From: Heteronotia binoei
Lineage: Eukaryota
DNA length: 64,000 nucleotides
Reading direction: 5' to 3'
NCBI RefSeq assembly: GCF_032191835.1
Contig: NC_083224.1
Span: 189,348,001 to 189,412,000, forward strand
This document shows positions 59,442-64,000 of the stretch, piece by piece. Below the pieces are notes generated by a model. The model ran no database searches. It was not told the DNA's origin and saw nothing but the letters and a program-made list of their open reading frames with translations. Numbering within the stretch: the first letter of the stretch is position 1; every line of letters starts with the position of its first letter. The position numbers and the translations under genes are program-made.

Positions 59442-61586
59442 CTGTTTGAAGCAGAAGGAAGGGAGGTCAGTATTAGAGCAAGAGCCCCCGCTGCTGGGGA
59501 GCTCCCTGGCAAGTGCCTATCCTCTCAGTCTCCCTCCCCTCCCCCCCAGTTGGGGCTTCTCCTCTGCTAGACCTGGCTACGTGCCCTTCCTTCCCTTGCC
59601 CATTTCCTGTGCTCGTAGCTACTTGGGCTACCGAGCAGCACTGCCACGGAAGAGTATGCAGATTGTGAAGGTCACAGCAGTGGCACTCCCAGCCACACAC
59701 ACCTCCCAGTGCCATTGAGGAGAGGGTACGCAGGGAGCCATGGCGAGGGGTCAGAGCAAGCAGGGGAGGATGCAGGGAGAACGTGGGGAGGGGAGGGAGG
59801 GAGGAGTGAGTGAGTGGGAGTCCTGGGGGTGGGGAGGTGGGCCCTGAACAGTCTCTGCCTAGGTCTTATTCAGAATGTAAGCTCAACACGGCTGCCCGCT
59901 TGGATCAGTCTCCGCCTAGGGTCCGTCAAAATCGGGGTCTGGCAGTATTCATACAGTAGCAACAGCTCTCAGGTTGTAATGATCACCAGCACTGAAATTT
60001 CTTTCAGATGACGTATAAAAGCCAAGGATTTCATGTGAATGTTGAACTTGATGTTTCACACTGTTCTGATCTGTCTAGTGCATTTTCCTCCACCGTGGTC
60101 CTTCCTTCCTCCCAACAATCCTACAAGGTGGCCTGGGTCAAAAGAGACCAGCTGGCTCAAGATCATCTAAGCTTCCTAGCAGAGTGGGGATTTGAACCCA
60201 GATCTCCCAGACCCCAGCTCCCATGCAACCTTTGGCCCCACCTGATTATGGCCTTTGGGAAGATGGGAGGTATCTTTCATAAGGCCTGGGTGGTTTGCTT
60301 GTAGCCACAACGCACTTGAGGCTTAATGTCTGGCAGCCCGCAAAGGAGAGTGTATTGTGTTCAACTGATACGGAAAAAGCAAATTCCACCCCCCCCCCAC
60401 ACACAAGCACTAACTCCAGTCACAGTCTCTGCATCACCCCAGATTGTGCCCGCCCTTCCAAAGAACAAGCAGGATGGTGCCAAAATCAGTTTCCATTTTT
60501 CGGATTTTTTTTTTAAAGCATGTTTCTAGTTCTTCAGACTTCAGGGACAGATTTGACCATCTAGGGGCAGGTATGGTGAAGCAAAATCCCCTAAGCAAAC
60601 AGGAGGGAAAGCCTGAGAAGGGATTTCCAGTATTTGAAGTCCACAGAAACCTGAGTTCAAATCCTTTTTAAATCACAAAGCAAAATGAGGCACAGTCTGA
60701 ACCTTTTCTATCTTACAGGATTGTTGTTTTGAAGGTAAAAAGAAGGAAACCCCATGCTGCTTGGAGAAAGGAGGTAAAAATGCAGTTAGCAGATTTGAAA
60801 GCAAGGCGGTTTAGTGTTTGGGGCAACAAAAGATACATTTATTTCTAAAGTTCATGAAAGTCCTATGCAATATAACAAATTGTAAAAGCAAAGGAGACCC
60901 TGGCACTGTGCATGGGGCTGGACTAGATGACCCTGGAGATCCCTTCCAACTCTTTTGATTCTATGACAGCAGAACCACAGTCTAATGGCACAGGGGCTGC
61001 TCGGGGGGTTGACTGCTGTTAGGACGCTAACTTGCTAAATGTCAAGAAGGTAACAGAAGATAGTTCTGACTTCTATCATTTCTGCTTGCTCTCTGCCTTT
61101 AGCAGCGGTGCAACAGTCAGAAATTCAATGGACAGAGCAGTTTCCCAAACAATAAAAGGTAAGGAATGGGTGTGAGCAGCTTCACCTGTTGAAATTCTGC
61201 CTGCACTGCTGTTAAAAACAGGGCCTCTAGCCCAGTATCCTGTTTCCAACAGCCTGCCCACTCACTCTGTCTTCTGGCATATGGTATCCCATGTCTCTGA
61301 GCATGGAGAGTCTACGTAGCCGGCCCGGCTAGAAAGCATCAATTAGAGCTTCCTATGCTTCTGAAGGCGACCTGAGGTGGAGGGAGGGCCGAGGGCCGTA
61401 CATAGCCTGTTGTGGCAATGAGTCCCACGTGCATCGTGCGATGTCTCTCAGATCACCCTATACTGCTGTTAGATGACTTCCCATGTGCTTTTAAAGGCAC
61501 GAGGCCTAGGAAAAAAACAGACAGCAACCTAACTGCTTACTTATGCCAGAGGCTGATTTTTCAAAAAAATGGACAGCACAACTTAC

Positions 61587-61638
61587 CCCAGTTATCGCAG
61601 AGCAGGCTGAGCAGAAGTGCAAGAGGCAGGGCTTCCAT
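61587..61638 (-). CDS. MADCAM1: MAdCAM-1 exon 1 (signal peptide)
   Basis: GGGATGG start context; MEALPLALLLSLLCDNW + G (52 nt, phase 1); donor GTAAGT. Confidence 0.85.
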
Positions 61639-62377
61639 CCCTTTCCCAATACGCCGCCGCAGAGAGCTGAAGCTTTTGTTTGGGTCGCTTCCTTCCTTTG
61701 GAGCACGGATGCCAAGGAGGCTGAACTGGGGTCAATTCTCGTTCTGGCCCAAAATCATGCCTGGCGAACCTCTTAATTTTGAACCGAGAGGCTCCTCCCA
61801 CATCCTGGCTGACAAAAGAAAAATGCCCGCCCCCTTCTGTAGCCCTCCTGCTGCGTGGATTCTGGACTTTGCATCCCCCCCCTCCCCGAAGAGTTTTTAT
61901 TTACAAAAGGGAGGAGGCAGAAAGAGCAATAAACTCTTGAATGACCTGATCAGAGTCTCAAGTCTTCAAAAGACAAATCACATTATTTTTAGATTGGATC
62001 TACAGGCCTCCATTTTCATAAATAAGTAACAATTTATCACATTTTTATTTCTCCTTTCCTCAAGGAGCTCAGCGCAGCATCCATGCTTCTCCTGTCTCCA
62101 TTTTGTCCTCACAACACCTCTGCAAAGTTGGGCTGAAAGAAGACTTGCCTGTAGCCACCCAGTGGGTTTACGTCAAGCTGTTGCTCCTGTTGTTTTTTAA
62201 CATGCTTGGTGTGAACATTACCTCTGGAATCCCCCAAAAAACATTTTCGAAAGCTGCAAGATGAATGATTTCTCGCTTACCAAATTAATCCCACTAAGCC
62301 TCTTTTCCCAGCAGCCACTGTGGGAATGGGGAATTCTCTTGTCTCCCTGTGGCTAGATCATTCAGACACTCCTGATA

Positions 62378-63073
62378 AGAAGAAGAAGATATTGGATTTA
62401 TATCCCGCCCTCCACTCCAGAGAGTCTCAGAGCGGCTCACAATCTCCTTTCCCTTCCTCCCCCACAACAGACACCCTGTGAGGTAGATGAAGATATTGGA
62501 TTTATATCCCGCCCTCCACTCCAAAGAGTCTCAGAGCGGCTCACAATCTCCTTCCCCTTCCTCCCCCACAACAGACACCCTGTGAGGTAGATGAAGATAT
62601 TGGATTTATATCCCGCCCTCCACTCCGAAGAGTCTCAGAGCGGCTCACAATCTCCTTCCCCTTCCTCCCCCACAACAGACACCCTGTGAGGTAGATGAAG
62701 ATTTTGGATTTATATCCCGCCCTCCACTCCAAAGAGTCTCAGAGCGGCTCACAATCTCCTTTCCCTTCCTCCCCCACAACAGACACCCTGTGAGGTAGAT
62801 GAAGATATTGGATTTATATCCCGCCCTCCAATCCGAAGAGTCTCAGAGCGGCTCACAATCTCCTTTACCTTCCTCCCCCACAACAGACACCCTGTGAGGT
62901 GGGCGGGGCTGGAGAGGGCTCTCACAGCAGCTGCCCTTTCAAGGACGACCTCTGCCAGAGCTATGGCTGACCCAAGGCCATGCCAGCAGGTGCAGGTGGA
63001 GGAGTGGGGAATCAAACCCGGTTCTCCCAGATAAGAGTCCGCACGCTTAACCACTACACCAAACTGGCTCTCC
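62378..63073 (-). repeat. Squam3-like SINE whose 3' unit is repeated five times (104-nt period)
   Basis: GAAGAT(A/T)TTGGATTTATATCCCG at 62385, 62489, 62593, 62697 and 62801; SINE head at ~63073. Confidence 0.9.
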
Positions 63074-64000
63074 ACAGGCGTGCTTCACAGTCGGCTTGCT
63101 GTCTTTCTCCAGGAGTCCCTGCCTGGGGCTGCCGTCCTTCTGGACAAAAAGCACACCTTGAAGTAATTAATTCAATGTGCGTGCAAAGGCTTCATCTAGT
63201 GCAGAGCGTCAGTTTGGTGTAGTGGCTTAGTGCGCAGACTCTAATCTGGGAGAGATGGGTTTGATTCCCCACTCCTTCACATGCACTTGCTGAGTGACCT
63301 TGTGTCAGTCATAGTTCTTGAAAGAGCTGCTCTCTCAAGAGCAGTTTTTGAAAGAGCTCTCTCAGCCCCACCTGCCTCAAAGCCGGGGTCTGTTGTGGGG
63401 AGGGGAAGGGAAGGGAAGGAGATTGTAAGCTGCTCAGAGACCCCAAGTGAAAGGCGGGGTATAAAGCCAATCCCTTCTCTTCTCCTAGTCTGCCATTGTG
63501 TCCCTGTGGGCAGGCAATTTCCTGTTCCTCTCTGCTGAATTTGAGATTGCGAGCACACCCCGTCTTCTTCACCTCTCACTCTGAGCCTTGACTAGAGTTG
63601 CCAAGTCCAATTCAAGAAATATCTGGGGACTTTGGGGGTGGAGCCAGGAGACATTGGGGTAGAGCCAAGATCAAGGCTGTGACAAGCATAACTGAACTCC
63701 AAAGGGGGTTCTGGCCATCACATTTAAAGGGACGGCATACCTTTTCAATTCCTTCCTTTCATAGGAAATAATGAAGGATAGGGGCACCTTCTTTTTGGGG
63801 CTCATAGAATTGGACCCCCTGGTCCAAACGTTTTGAAACTTGGGGGGTATTTTGGGAAGAGGCACTAGATGCTATACTGAAAATTTGGTGCTTCTACCCC
63901 AAAATACAGCCCCCTCAGATACCTGCAGATCAATTCTCCATGATTTTCTATGGGAATAAATCTCCATAGGGAATAATAGAGTTCCCAGCAGACATTTCCC

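Noticed and set aside
59628-59741. Alternative MADCAM1 first exon (GCCATGG at 59741; MAPCV...TFTICILFRGSAAR)
   Set aside because: Its only donor is weak (GTAGCC) and phase 2, needing a poor acceptor; a better 52-nt phase-1 signal-peptide exon exists at 61587-61638.
62385-62905. Regular repeat array as a CRISPR
   Set aside because: Units are contiguous 104-nt copies with no unique spacers, derive from a SINE 3' end, and the DNA is eukaryotic.

Overview
Vertebrate genomic DNA. The SINE and LINE content points to a squamate reptile, probably a gecko (inference). The window holds the syntenic block MADCAM1 - TPGS1 - CDC34, all on the minus strand as in mammals, with every coding exon traceable by splice sites and phase: MADCAM1 5 exons/511 aa, TPGS1 2 exons/281-289 aa, CDC34 5 exons/235 aa. 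A 7-finger C2H2 zinc-finger gene with no KRAB domain sits on the plus strand between TPGS1 and MADCAM1, head-to-head with TPGS1 across a CpG island. Most of the rest is retroposons (CR1, L2, RTE, three tRNA-derived SINE families, a 5S-derived SINE) and hAT MITEs. There is no CRISPR array and no genuine tRNA or rRNA gene. The most unusual observations are: (i) a phase-compatible, stop-free chain of seven small plus-strand exon candidates between CDC34 and TPGS1 (possible orphan gene); (ii) an exact 32-nt copy of the CDC34 exon-2 splice acceptor inserted in a MITE in the same intron, immediately followed by an in-frame stop; (iii) a 54-bp near-perfect hairpin downstream of the ZNF gene; (iv) two complex fold-back elements; (v) recurrent tandem multiplication of retroposon 3' ends, including a 5 x 104-bp array upstream of MADCAM1. 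All analysis was by eye. Repeat family names are from memory and repeat boundaries are approximate.
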